Of a DNA stretch of 64,000 nt, positions 24,809-36,900 are shown one piece after another (position 1 is the stretch's first letter; each line of letters starts with the position of its first letter). The DNA is taken from assembly GCA_907165135.1 (NCBI GenBank), contig OU015566.1, positions 1,054,001-1,118,000 on the forward strand, in the 5' to 3' direction. The notes below the pieces were generated by a model. The model ran no database searches, was not told the origin of the DNA, and was given only the letters and a program-made list of their open reading frames with translations. Position numbers and translations under genes: made by a program. Source of the stretch: Oikopleura dioica (taxonomy: Eukaryota > Animalia > Chordata).

Positions 24809-25617
24809 TCAAGAGAGGGAAAGTTCCGCTTCGTCCCAAATCCCGTAAACATTATTTTTGCACAGAAGAGCTTTTTTCGAACTGATCAAAATCGGCCCAA
24901 GAATACAAATCATAAATTGAAGGAAACAGCTGATAAAAAGAAGAGTTTTTTGTTGAAGCAAAATGACTTGAAAAAGTTGAAGAAGAAAGAGCAGCTTGTG
25001 ATTTGAAAGATCGCAGCTATTTGAGAAAAGCAGGAGGGCAGTGCCGACCATAATGACGGAATCGAGCGCGTTTTCAAGGCGACTAGAAAGGACGATCGCA
25101 CCGAAAAGGGCGGAATTGCGAGAAACAGCGCCGGGCTCGTTCGTTGAAAAATCAAAGGCCAAGTAGCGAAGGGTGAAAGAAAACATCGCAAGGTTCAGAA
25201 TCGTGTCTAAAATTCTGGGGTTGCTCCAATTGAGACAAAATAAAGTATAAAAGTACAGTATTCTTTACCTGTACTAATAGACGTAGTAAGATTAGCGTAG
25301 ATCGGGCTGAGAACCAAAATCAGAGCAAAATAAAAGACAGCGCTGGGAATTCTAGAGCGGTTTGAATAAATCGTCGAGAGGATGAAAGGAAAAAGCGCCA
25401 AGTTGTTAAAAATCAAAGAAGAGAAGGAAAGTTCTTCTGAAGAAGGGCGGTCCATGAGCTTTCGCCAAAGAGATAGAAAGAGAAAGGTTTTTGTCAATTC
25501 CAAGGAAAGAATTTTCGTTGTTTCGCGAAGGGATGAGGCTTTGTAAGAATAGGACTTGTGAGATGTTACTTTCTTTTTGATGGTTTTTGAGCTTGATTTT
25601 TGTTGAGAAATATTCAT
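24809..25617 (-). CDS. PIGC: GPI-GlcNAc transferase subunit C (GPI2)
   Basis: LSPIYANLTTSIST|DTI, PGAVSRNSALFGAIVLSSRL and KNNVYGIWDEAEL match recalled PIGC motifs (SPVLKTLTESVSTDTI; NxAIFASVCLASRL; KENIHGPWDEA). The start is uncertain. Confidence 0.85.
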
Positions 25618-26099
25618 AGCGCCGAAAATTTATTTATTCAATTCTAGAGTTAAAACCATTCCTGGATCCATTCGTTTGAAATATTCTTCTCGTACTGATC
25701 CTGATTCCAGAGAAGGCCATAAGTATCCGTCTTCTTAATTTTCTTCATTTTCAAATTTCCAAATCTCTATTTTACATTTTTTTTCCTTTTTCTCGATAAA
25801 AACTGGCTCGTTCCGAATCCGAACTGCGCGCCCTGACCTTGCCCAAAGCGCGCGTCTCCTATTGGCTCTTGCGCAATCGGCGTGGGCAGCAGCGCCAACT
25901 CCTAAAAAAATCCGGCCATTTTCGCTCACTTTTTCTGCCTTTTTTAGATTCCCAAAAGTCAAACACAAATCGGCCAAAGAGAGAAATCCGAAAATGGCCA
26001 ATGACCGAACTCAGCGAAAACTAAAGAATCAAAATCCGAAAATGTGTATTTTTTTGTTGATGGCTTTTTTTGTAGATTTTTTCGATCGGACGGACGAAA

Positions 26100-27009
26100 A
26101 TGAGCGACCAGTATTCTGATTGGACTCAGCCAGTCGGCCAGGTAAATGAGAATTTCGATTTTTTTTCACGATTTTTTTGTTCGAAAAGCTTTTTGGCAAT
26201 TTTTATTAGAAAAATCAATTGATTTTCAATTTGTTTTCCTTTAAAAATTAGAAAAATATTCAGGGAATCGACCAATATGACAGCTATGACATGTACGGTT
26301 ACCGTACGATCGACAACTATATGCCTCGTGACACATCCGACTGCGTCTACATCACTGGACTGCCATCGACCGTGACGAAATCCCAGATTTCCGACTTTTT
26401 CTGCCGCGCCGGGACCATTCTCGTCACCAAAAGTAACTTTCTTTCTTGATTTATATATTCATTTGATTTTTCAAGGCGTCCAAAGAATATTCATCTTCAT
26501 GAAGGACAAGACTCCTACAGGCGCAGCGACTGTAACCTATGAAAATCCAGATTCGGCGAAACGAGCCATCGATTTTTTCGACGAAAAGGACTTCAAAGGA
26601 GAGGTAAATATTGATTTCAACAAATTTTGCCAAAAACAGTCCTTTTTTTATTCGATCAGAAAGCTCTTAGAAATTCTAGCAAAAACTAAATCCATTTTTC
26701 AGGGAAAAGTTCGAGTTCGATACGCCTCGCCCGACGAAAAACAACCTTTCGCCAATAAACTGGTAAATCCCCCCTCCTTTTTTATCAATTTTCTATAAAA
26801 AAATCAAGCTCCGCGACGCGCAGAAAAAAGGCGGAATGGCTCCACCTCCTCCTCACTACGGTTCTTCTGGCGGAAGACGCAGGGGAGGCCACAACCACCC
26901 TCGAGGAGATGGAAGAAGGCCGCCGAGGAATAGTAATTACGGCGATCGAGACAATAACTACGGCGGCAAATATCGTGAGGAAAGGGGATCGAGGCATGCT
27001 CCTTACTAA
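26100..27009 (+). CDS. FET-family-like RRM protein (short paralog)
   Basis: MSDQYSDWTQPVGQ|...DCVYITGLPSTV...PTGAATVTYENPDSAKRAIDFFDEKDF, then an Arg/Gly tail ending HAPY*. Confidence 0.85.
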
Positions 27010-28453
27010 CCAAAAAAGTAAGTAACGGAGTTGTAGAAAGAGAGATTTTCAATTTCAACTTTCAAGGATAAAGATGTTTTAAATTTTTCGACAGGCGGCT
27101 TTTTAGTTTTGATTTTTTCAATAAAAATTAATTTTTGGATTAAAAAAAAACTTGAATTGAAAATTCCCATTTTATATAAAAAAAACTGTCGCCTGTCAAA
27201 ATTTTTCACATTTTGGTTTCCAGTTCCATTTTACGAAGAACAAAAAAATGAGAGATTTTGCTCAGCCGCCATTTCGTCTTTCGGTATAAGTTTTGTGGTG
27301 CGCTAACAGCGATTTTTTAGGAGTCGAAACTACAAAAATATTTTGTACAAAAAACGTCAGAGACTAGACCCTCTGACCTCGTCGTCCTTTCAAATATCCT
27401 GGCAAAAGAAAAACTTTTCGTCTATTTTCAAGCAACTCGGATTTTTTTTAATTATTCGCGAGCTCGGGTGAAAATGCAATTTTCATGTTTTTATATTTTA
27501 AAAATTTGAATCGTTTTCTTTATTTTACCAATTTTTGGCGTAGCTACAAGCCTATCTTTATCTGACCAATAAGAAAGCTTAATGGCCATCTTTTCATAGG
27601 CCCCTATTTTTGGCCAATAAAGTTGAAGGCTGTTAAAATATTGAAAACGATTTTTAGACTTTCATCGCCTATCTACAGTATCTGTTCACTTTTCCGCTAC
27701 ATATCCTTAAAACGTCTCATGTTTTTTTCAAAACAACGAGCATTTTTTCCTTAACTTTTTTGACCTATCTTTTTTCGTATCCGTATTTTCTCTATGTTCT
27801 TTTTCAACTTTAATACTAGCCCAATTACAATTAGTTCATTACTCCCGTATTCATCATCATTTTTTATCATTATTTTCATTAGTTAAATAACACTACCAAA
27901 ACCACCAACTCCCTGTCCGTTTGTCGCATTTTGTCCCTGTTCATTTTGTTACTACCACTTTTTATTATTTCTTTCACGAAGATAGAAAAAACTGCCATTT
28001 GATCCAAGCCAACTTTTGCCAGACGAAAGATTTTTCCAAGAAACACAAATCGATGCTGATTTTCAAGAAGACCTGGTTCCAAGAGTTTTTGACAATTTTC
28101 TAACAAACAGCTGTCCCCAAGATTGTCAAGTTCGAATCAACAGGGTCGGTCCAAGATTGTTTGAAATCTTGGACCGCCCTTGTTGATTCTAACTATACAA
28201 TCTTGGTGTCAAAACGTCCCATAACACCAAATTTTCCATTTTAAATTTTCTTCCATGACTTCAATTTTCATATTTTCGCGCTTTTCTTTGACAAATTTTT
28301 TCTATCAACAGACTCAACCAGCCAAGAAAAAGACTCTAAGAATGTTTATTTTTTTGTGTTTTCGGTTTTTCGTTGTTTTTATGGCATATTTTGTTCGCTT
28401 TCTAACTTTGCTTGCTTTTTCAGGTTTGACTGAGAAACGCATAAACGTCCAAA

Positions 28454-29714
28454 ATGAGTTACGGCGGACGAGGCGGATATGGTGGTCAACAAGGCGGCGG
28501 TGGCGGCTATGGCGGCGGTGCTAATGGCGGTTATGGTGGTGGCAACCAGGGATACGGTAAGCCCATTTTCTTGAACTAGTCCTCGATCTTTTAGGTGGCT
28601 ATGGCGGAGACCAAGGCTACGGGCAAGACCAGGGCTACGGAAACGGCGGCCAGGGCGGCTACGGCGGCGGTGCTGCTGGCGGCTATGGCCAACAAGGTAA
28701 TGTTAATAGCAATCATCCCTTTTCCTTATTCCTTCTCTAAGGTGGTCAGGGCGGCTTTGGCAAGTGGGACGGCTCAGGCGGCTTCCAAGATAACAATTTC
28801 GCCAACAACGGGTACAGCGGCGGCTACGGAAACGGCGGTGGTGGCTACGGAGGCGACGATGGCGGATACGGTCAACAAAGCTTTGGTGGCCGTGGAGGTG
28901 GCCGAGGAAGAGGCCGTGGTCGCGGTGGATTCGGAGGCGGCTACGATCAATTCGTAAGTGATGTTTTGAATTAGCCCTCTCTGAATCTCGATTTTAGGGC
29001 GGCTCAAAATCGATCAATGACTTCATGCCAACAGACTGTAGTGATTGCGTCTTCGTCAGCGGTCTACCAAACACAGTTCAAAAACAAGACATTTCCATGT
29101 TCTTCGCTGCTGCTGGTCAAATTATGATCGACAAGAAAACACGTAAGAAAACCCCTCGAAATTGGCTTGAACTCACTTCTTTCAGAAAACGAGCGTATCT
29201 TCCTTTTCCTCAACAAAGAGACGAAACAGCCGATCGGTGACGCCACTGTCACTTATCAAGACCCCAGCCACGCTGCAGCAGCGATCGACATGCTAAACGG
29301 AACCGACTTCAATGGAAACGGCCCAATTTCAGTCCAACAGGCGACTCCCGAGCAGAAACAACCCTTCGCACAGAAACTGGTAAATTATAAAAGCGTCAAT
29401 CATCAACTTACCATTATTAAGGCAAAACAGTTCCAGAAAGGCGGCGACGGCGGCTACGGAGGTGGCCGCGGAGGCGGTTACGGCGGCCGTGGTGGCGGCG
29501 GAGGATACGGCGGCGGCCGAGGCGGTGGCGGATTTGGAGGTAAAGCCTTATGAAAATATTGAAGACGCTCATTTTCATTTTAGGTCAACGAGGCGGCGGC
29601 GGAGGATTCCGAGGCGGCCGAGGAGGTGGTGCTCCAGGCGGCAGAGGCGGTCGAGGAGGACCAATGCGCGGTGGCGGTATGGGCCGAGGCCGTGGTCGAC
29701 CCCAACCTTATTGA
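28454..29714 (+). CDS. FUS/EWS/TAF15 (cabeza)-like RNA-binding protein
   Basis: G/Y/Q-rich low-complexity N-terminus, RGG boxes, RRM DCVFVSGLPNTV...PIGDATVTYQDP, further RGG, and C-terminal RGRGRPQPY*. Confidence 0.92.
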
Positions 29715-29901
29715 AAGAAACAGCTCGTTTCGTTTCGTTAGATCTAATTCAACCCTGCATTTATCTCCTTCCCAAACTTCCCAATTTTAAACAAAAGAAG
29801 CTCCCGCGTTTTCCGAGCCATGCACACTGTACTCGAAGTGTACAGGTACTCTCGTGTGTTTATAAAACTTAAAATTCATATTTCATATTCATCCGCCCGG
29901 T

Positions 29902-30619
29902 CAGAGTTTGAAATGCTCGCAAATGCTCGCGAGCGAAAAGAGCGAGAGCAAAAATTTGTCATTGCTCTGAGAGCAGGGGAGCTGGAGCATGAAAATGAGT
30001 TGGCTCGAGAGCCAAAAGAGCACGAGCCCAAATTTGAACCCGCTCGCGAGCGCAGAGAGCACGAGCGCATATGTCAGAAATGCTCGGGAGCTAGACGAGC
30101 GGGAGCGGCTGCTCTCGTGCTCGCCATGGAATTGACTCACGAGCGGCTCGCGAGCAAAATTAAAAGAATAATTTTTTCGCATAATTATTCAGTTTCATAA
30201 ATAAATTTCTTTGAGGATCTATTTTTGGTGTTTTTGGTTTTATGTAAGCTTCATTAGGTCCGTAATCTCGGCAGCAGAATGCGAAAAGCCGATAGTAAAC
30301 AGATAAAACATGCCCACCGCGAAGTGCTAACTCCTGTGACAGGGACTCATGTGGAATTAGTCACGGGGCCACCGAATCATTTGAGGCCCTTGAAAGCTGC
30401 TCGCGAGTCAGTTTTTTCAGCTCGAGAGCCGATCGAGCGAGAGCACAATTCGACCAGTGCTCGAGAGCCAAGAGAGCGAGAGCGCGAAATGAAATGCGCT
30501 CGCGAGCGCAAAGAGCGCGAACTCTGAAATAAATGTGCTCGGGAGCACAAAGAGCATCATGCTCGTGCTCGCTCGCTCTCAAGTGAGCCGCTCGCGAGTC
30601 ACGAAAATTTCAAACTCTG
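29902..30619. mobile_element. Non-autonomous hAT-type element with GAGC/GCTCGCGAGC subterminal arrays
   Basis: TIR CAGAGTTTGAAAT / ATTTCAAACTCTG. Perfect 8-bp TSD CGCCCGGT at 29894-29901 and 30620-30627. Confidence 0.93.
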
Positions 30620-31044
30620 CGCCCGGTCTTTTTTCAACCCCATAAATATCCAACTTCCGCGCTGAAGATATCTTTTAGTTGCGTTTCTCAGTTTTATTTA
30701 ACTCGTCATTCTACTTTTTTTCTCTTTTAATTATCTAGTTCCGTGGAAGATTTCAGTACCTGCTCGTATTTATTCTGTTATTCAAGTTCTAATAACGAAA
30801 AAACCATCAATTTTAACTCATCAACAACACGGTACTTTATTTTAATGCGATACTACTTGTACAGCTCTGAATTTTAGTCATTTTTTTCTCCAAAGACTGC
30901 CAAGCAAATGGTGAATAAAAAACCAATCCAATAAAAAATTAAAAACTCTTTATTTGCAATCTTACGATTTCAGGTTGATTTCATCGTTTTAAATTTCTAA
31001 AAAAATCGAATTTTGGTCGAGTTTCGCATAATTCATTTCTCATA

Positions 31045-31210
31045 CCTTGAAGCAGTAGACCCCTAAAACGCCGATTCCAAGGCAAAGAATAGGTCGGCTC
31101 ATGAAAGCCTGCACCACTAGAATCGCCAAAAACCCAACGATGAAAATCGCCAACGCGGGCAAAAGACGCTCGATGAAATTCACATTGTTCTCTTTTTCAT
31201 TGGAACTTTG
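31045..31210 (-). CDS. Exon of a hypothetical membrane protein
   Basis: Open frame NVNFIERLLPALAIFIVGFLAILVVQAFMSRPILCLGIGVLGVYCFK ending at a GT donor. The rest of the gene was not resolved. Confidence 0.45.
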
Positions 31211-32266
31211 ATAAATAAATCGCCTTTGCGGTCGAGCGCTGGGGAATTGATTTACTTTGAAGATTGAGTAAATAGCAAGGCAGCAGCAGAGGAGTGAGTC
31301 ACTGTTTTAGAACGACAGTGTCCTGGAGAAAATTATTAATCATTCAAAATATTGATGGGTTAGCAAAGTGATTTTAAGCCTCACTGGATCTTGGATAACA
31401 GCTGTTTCAAATCTCACTAAATCGTTCTGGTCGTTTGAGGAGCGGATTTTATTTTTGCCATGATTTTTATAAAAAAATATTGAGTTGAGCATTGGTTATG
31501 TCACAGAAGAAAATAATAAAATGTATTGAGGATCGAGCGGAAGATGAAAATCCTTTTTTCCTGTAATTCATTCAGAGAAACATCTGATCGTAGTTGAAAC
31601 CAGATCGTTTCTTGAAGTAGTTTCCACGGACAAGCATTGAATAAGGCGAAAACCCTCGACGGGCTGAAAGAATGAAATATTATAACAGCTCGAAACCATG
31701 GTCTGTGATTTTGTCTATTACTTACTGGCATCAGATAAAGGGCCATACTTATCACCAGCCCTTTGTCTTTGGTTAAAAAGTCCAAATGCAGAGGCATTTA
31801 CAAAAAGAAAAATTTGCAAGAGCATAATCCTTTGTCTCTCTTTTGTTATGAAAAGTATGCATTTCCGTTTGTGTATATATACTGTCAGAGAATTAAGAAT
31901 TGAAAAGAGAAGATGGATCCGTGTCTAATGAGTTGAATAATGCATGCGATCTTTTTGGTACTCCAGTGAGAAAGGAAGCAGAAAGGAGTGTTCTCGTTTT
32001 CGTCATTTATGGGCCCTTGATGCGTCGTCATTGCTCGTTATACTGGGTGAAATAAATATAAATTTCACGAAATTACAAAATCTTTTCTCCGTGAACATTT
32101 TCAAAATCTGACTGGATGAGCTGATAGAGTAGGTCCAGCTCTATATTTTCCGAGAAAAAGATCAAAAATCGAAAAGTTTTTTTGCCGTCTAGAAGCAATT
32201 GAAGTAAATTTCTGCTGACAGCGATTGTGCAAAAAGTACCCATTAGGGACTCCAATTTTTTGGCGG

Positions 32267-32642
32267 AAATATATTCTCGAGACTCTGAACTAGGGCGCCA
32301 GCTTATTTTTTGTCCATTCTAATCAGTTTATCACCGGTTTATCAGCAATCTAAGTTAGGTGAAAAATTCGCTGTGGCGATGAGCGCGGCGGTGACTAGAC
32401 AGCGTGGCGGCGCTGTTGCCCACCCTAACCTGACGCTTGAAAGGAAAATGCTTGAACGAGATTTCATTCGTGCTTGGCTAGGGTGCGCCACAGCGTCACC
32501 ATGACGCATTGTCACTGCCGCGCTCCCCGTCTCATCAAAATTTTCGTCTGACTTTGATCGCTGATAAGAGCAGAATCGCGTTATCAAAACGAAATAAAAA
32601 ATAGCTGGCGTCTTACTTCAGATGCTCAAGAATATATTTCCG
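32267..32642. repeat. Degenerate ~375-bp foldback element
   Basis: GGAAATATATTCTCGAG...GGCGCCAGCTTATTTTTT mirrors AAAAAATAGCTGGCGTC...CTCAAGAATATATTTCC. Confidence 0.7.
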
Positions 32643-32925
32643 TCAAAAATTATGCTGTTACAATGAATATTTTTTACGCTAGAGCCGTCAGTAGAAATGT
32701 ACTTCAATTGCCGTTAGACAGCTCTAGAACTTTTAAATTTCAATTTTTTTCCTCGGAGAATATGAAGCTTGGCCTGTTTTTTCAAGACCTCTATTCAAAG
32801 TTTGAAAATATTTAGAGAGAAAAGATTTTGTAATTTCGTTAAATTTATATTTTTTCCACCCACTGTAAAATGCGCTTTTAAGAATGCATGAATGGGAAAT
32901 TTTGTTGTCGAAAAAGCTGTATTAT

Positions 32926-33594
32926 TCAGAAAAGTTCGAAGTCTTTGACAGTCAAGATGAACTTATCATCGAAATTCTTGTCGTAAATGAAGAAGCCTTC
33001 CTCATTGATGCCATCAAGAAAGTCCGTCAACTGATACTTGTTGCTTGGTTGTGCCATCCAGGTGTAGGTAAACTCGTCAAAATTGAAATTGAAAGATTGC
33101 CATTCTCGAGTTGGATTGAATTCGACCATGAATGTCTTTGTCAAAAGCCAGTTCCAGCTGCTTTTGACAGCGACGTTTACTCGGAACGTTCTTGGGCCGT
33201 TTGAGCCTGGCTCGCCTTTGGCAATAAATCGAAGTCCATTTTTCCCCTCGTAGGATTCGTGGGTCGAGTCCGGAAGACCAACAGATCTTCGGCAGGAAGC
33301 AAACCCACCGCGGTTTTCAGGGCTGAAATTTTTCGTAAAAGTTTGTTGTTTCAAAACGAACCTGAGCTTTCCCCAGAAATAGAGGGCATCATTGTATGGC
33401 ATGACGTAGCCCTCGGATTTGCCTCCCATGACATTGTCATTCACAGTAGTCCATTCGGCTATTTTGAGTCAAAAGCGAGGCCCTTTTTAATTTTAGTCTA
33501 AGAAAACTTTCTATTTGTTATTTTCACTCTTTCCTGGGTTGTTTCTCCAGAGCGCAGCCTGAGCAGCAAAAGGAATAAAAACCGAAAGTTTCAT
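32926..33594 (-). CDS. CIA30-domain protein with a predicted signal peptide
   Basis: MKLSVFIPFAAQA...|EWTTVNDNVMGGKSEG...LYFWGKL...ENRGGFASCRR...WQSFNFNFDEF; contains introns. Confidence 0.85.
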
Positions 33595-33964
33595 TATTTT
33601 TTTCTCAATTTGTGATTCGCACCTCGTGAAAACCTGTTTTAAATACCCTCCAAATCTATCCGCAGGGTAAGAATAGTCCGTAACATTGCGCAAGATCCCC
33701 GTCACTAAGTCTTCCCAGGTTAAAATTTTAAGCGCTGCGATTATGTACAAATTGTCTTCAAAGGGCGGCGAATTAGTGGAACTTCGCTTGTGCTTTTCTT
33801 TATTTACAAAACATGCTCGTGATTTTCTTGGCGCCTGACTGGGCTTGAAAACAAAATTTTAAGGAATTATTCGTTTAAAAACAATGTAAAGAAAAGTCGA
33901 AATTGGAAAGAAATCGGAATTTTTAATAATAATTTCAATTTATTTCTTGTAAATAAAACAGTAT

Positions 33965-36900
33965 TTAGACACATTCAAGGTTGCTAGCAATAGCTCTGAA
34001 CTCTTGAAGCTCTGCGTTTCCTCTGTATCTGTACTCGCCGGCATGGTTGTTCATGATTTCTGTGTTGCCAGTGAGTCGGAGTCGCTGGAGGATGTTCAAG
34101 TCGATGAGAGTATCAAGCGCTCCGTTGAGGCAGAGGAAGTTGTTGTTGTGCAGCGAGATGGACTTGAGCTTGGTGTGGACGTTGAAAGTATCAGCGTTCA
34201 ATTGCCTTGAAAATATGGTTTTGGAATCTCTCAGAAATAAGCTGATTGAAAGAAAAGGGAGAAAAAACATACCACATGTTGTTGGAATTGAGCGAAAGTC
34301 GCTCGAGATTGACGAGAAGAGCCATGATTCCGACAAGATCGTCCTCGTTGATTCCGTCGTTTTGGTTGATCACGAGCCATTTGATCTCTCCAAGCTCAGT
34401 TGAAGTCATGTTCTGGAGCGTTTCAAGGAGGATGGTCGTGGAAGTTCCAAAGTTGGTGTCAATGCACTCGATCCTTAAACTCGTTAGATGAAAGGAAAAA
34501 AGGGGCTAATTTACTTTTCTGGAGAGAAGTTGCATGCTTGCTCAGTGCAAGAAGCATTCTGACAGATCTGGCCGGATTTGGCCTCGATTGTAACAACTGG
34601 AGCGGTGTAGCTGGCAAGACCGGAAGAAGATGGCTCGATAAGGCTGAAAGTAGTGTGTTAGAAAATTCTTCCTACGGCAGAAGTTTTTACCTGAATTCAA
34701 GCTCGACATCTCCATCAGCATCAAAGTGAAGTTCGTCGAAGACAAACTGGTTGTTTTCATTCGATTCCACGACGGTAACCGATCCTGTTCCGAAAGCCTG
34801 AGCTGGGTTCGAGGATGACTTGATGCTAACTTGGGCGAGGTACTGAATTGTCTCGCAGACTTCGTTGACAGCATCGAGAAGTTCGAAAGTTGGTGGGGGA
34901 GCGAGAATTTCATTGACAGTTCCAGAAGCGACAAAGAGTCTCTGGCTCCACTGAGTAGGTGGTCGGTAAGCGGTTTCGGACTCTCCTTCTTCGAGAGCGA
35001 GAATTTCGTCTTCCTGGCTTTCCTCATAAGTCTGGAGCTTAGAAACGTCGATAACAGTTTCCAGCTGATCTGGTTCAACATCAAGCTGGGCGGCGAGAGA
35101 GCAAGTATCTCCAGCAACGAAGAGAGGATCGTCGAAGTTGGACAAGTCGTCAGCGCCGTCAAAGCAAGCTGGTTTGCTTGGCTCGACGATTTCAGTAGTG
35201 GCGACGTATTGCTGGAGTTGGAGTGATGGGTCGACTTCATTGTTGATGACAGTCTTGACAATCGTCGAAGCCATCTCTTCAATGACTTCAATTTTCTTCT
35301 CACCTGTTGCTGTTTCGTAAGATTGCTCATTGTAATCAGTGGTGAGATCGGCTTGTTCGGGCAAGATTTCCAGAACAAGGGTGACTCCACTCGCCTGTCG
35401 TCTGTAACGAGCACCAGTGAATTCTCGGTTGTCTTCGGATCTTCGTCTTCGACCGCCCTCTCGAACAACATCGACGACCTTGATCTGGCTCTGATCGATG
35501 CCGAGGAGAGCAGCAAGGTAGTTGATCAAGTTTGGTGAATCGTAAAGCTCGTCGTTGGTGAGCTCAACTGCAGTTGACTGGAACTCGACAATGAGTGATT
35601 TTGCAACAACGACGTCAATGACGGAAGAACCACCATGGACAATGTAGAGGATTTGAGAAGATCGGTCAAAGAAATTGGTTCCAACTGGATCGTCGATAGT
35701 TGGAATGTGATCAGCAGTGGCGACATTGTATCCAACACTTCCGTCAGCTTCGAAGAAACCGTTGGTGGGGAGGACAAGGTTGCCATCAAGAAGGACATCC
35801 TTAATTTTTTGTCAAACCGTTATCTTATAAAAAACAATTCACCTGTCGGTTCTGTCGCATAGTGTAGATCTTCAAAAGAGTCTTGCAACTAGCCTCTTCT
35901 CGGTTAGAATGAAGTCTGAAATGCTTGGCAAGAGTTCCGGCGGAGCCAACTTCGTAGGTCTTTCCACAGGACATGATCATAGGATGAGTAGAGATTCGCA
36001 ACTGGCAAACGTATCCAGCGCAGCAAGAAACGTCCAAAACACCGTTGACGATATCGACGTGAGCATTCGGGGTTCCTGGCTCATTGACGTAGGTGATTGG
36101 GCCAAGTCGCCGAGTTTCAGTGTCAACATCCATTGATTCGAAGACAACTTGCATGTAGCTGTCGCCACTTCCACACTGATAGTAGTTATTATCAGCATTC
36201 AAGGAGCAGTCGGAGCCTCGGAAGACACCATGATTTGGAGCGTAAGTCTCTGGCGCAATATTTGAACCATCGAGATTTGTCAACATTGGAGCGGGCATTC
36301 GGAAATAACCGAGACCTCGAGGACCATTGTCGCCAAAGCCAAGCTCGGCAACACCCATCAATGTAGATCGCTCGCCAGTTCCTGTGAAAGAACCGTCAAG
36401 ATCGGTGATCATCGCCTTCTTTGGTCCATCACAGTCCATGTCAACACATCCGCTAGGTGTGATCCATTTTAGTCTTGGCAAGTGAAGGAAGAGTTTGCTT
36501 TCGGCTGTGGTTCCAGACCATTTGATGTCAGAAGCCATGATTTGATGCTGATGATCGTGGGCTTGCAACAAGTTGGTGATGGCAACGTGGCTCTTTCCGC
36601 AGACGTCATTTTTCTGGAAATTGACGAATCGGACATTGTGGACGTAGTTGGTTCCATAAATCGCAAGATTATCAGTTTGAATATTAAGACCCTTGTGTGG
36701 GAACTTGTGTTTCTGTCCCTGGAAGACGGAGAAAACGAATCCCTTGTTACCCTTGATGCCCGAGCTTTCGCCGAAAGTTTCACGAGTGTATACCATGTTG
36801 CTCATGTGGTTATCACCTGTTCGCACCCACTGCAGAATACCATCAGTGCTTGACCAATCTTTGCAGTTGCCCTTGTCAGCGTCAGAGAAACCAGCAGTGA

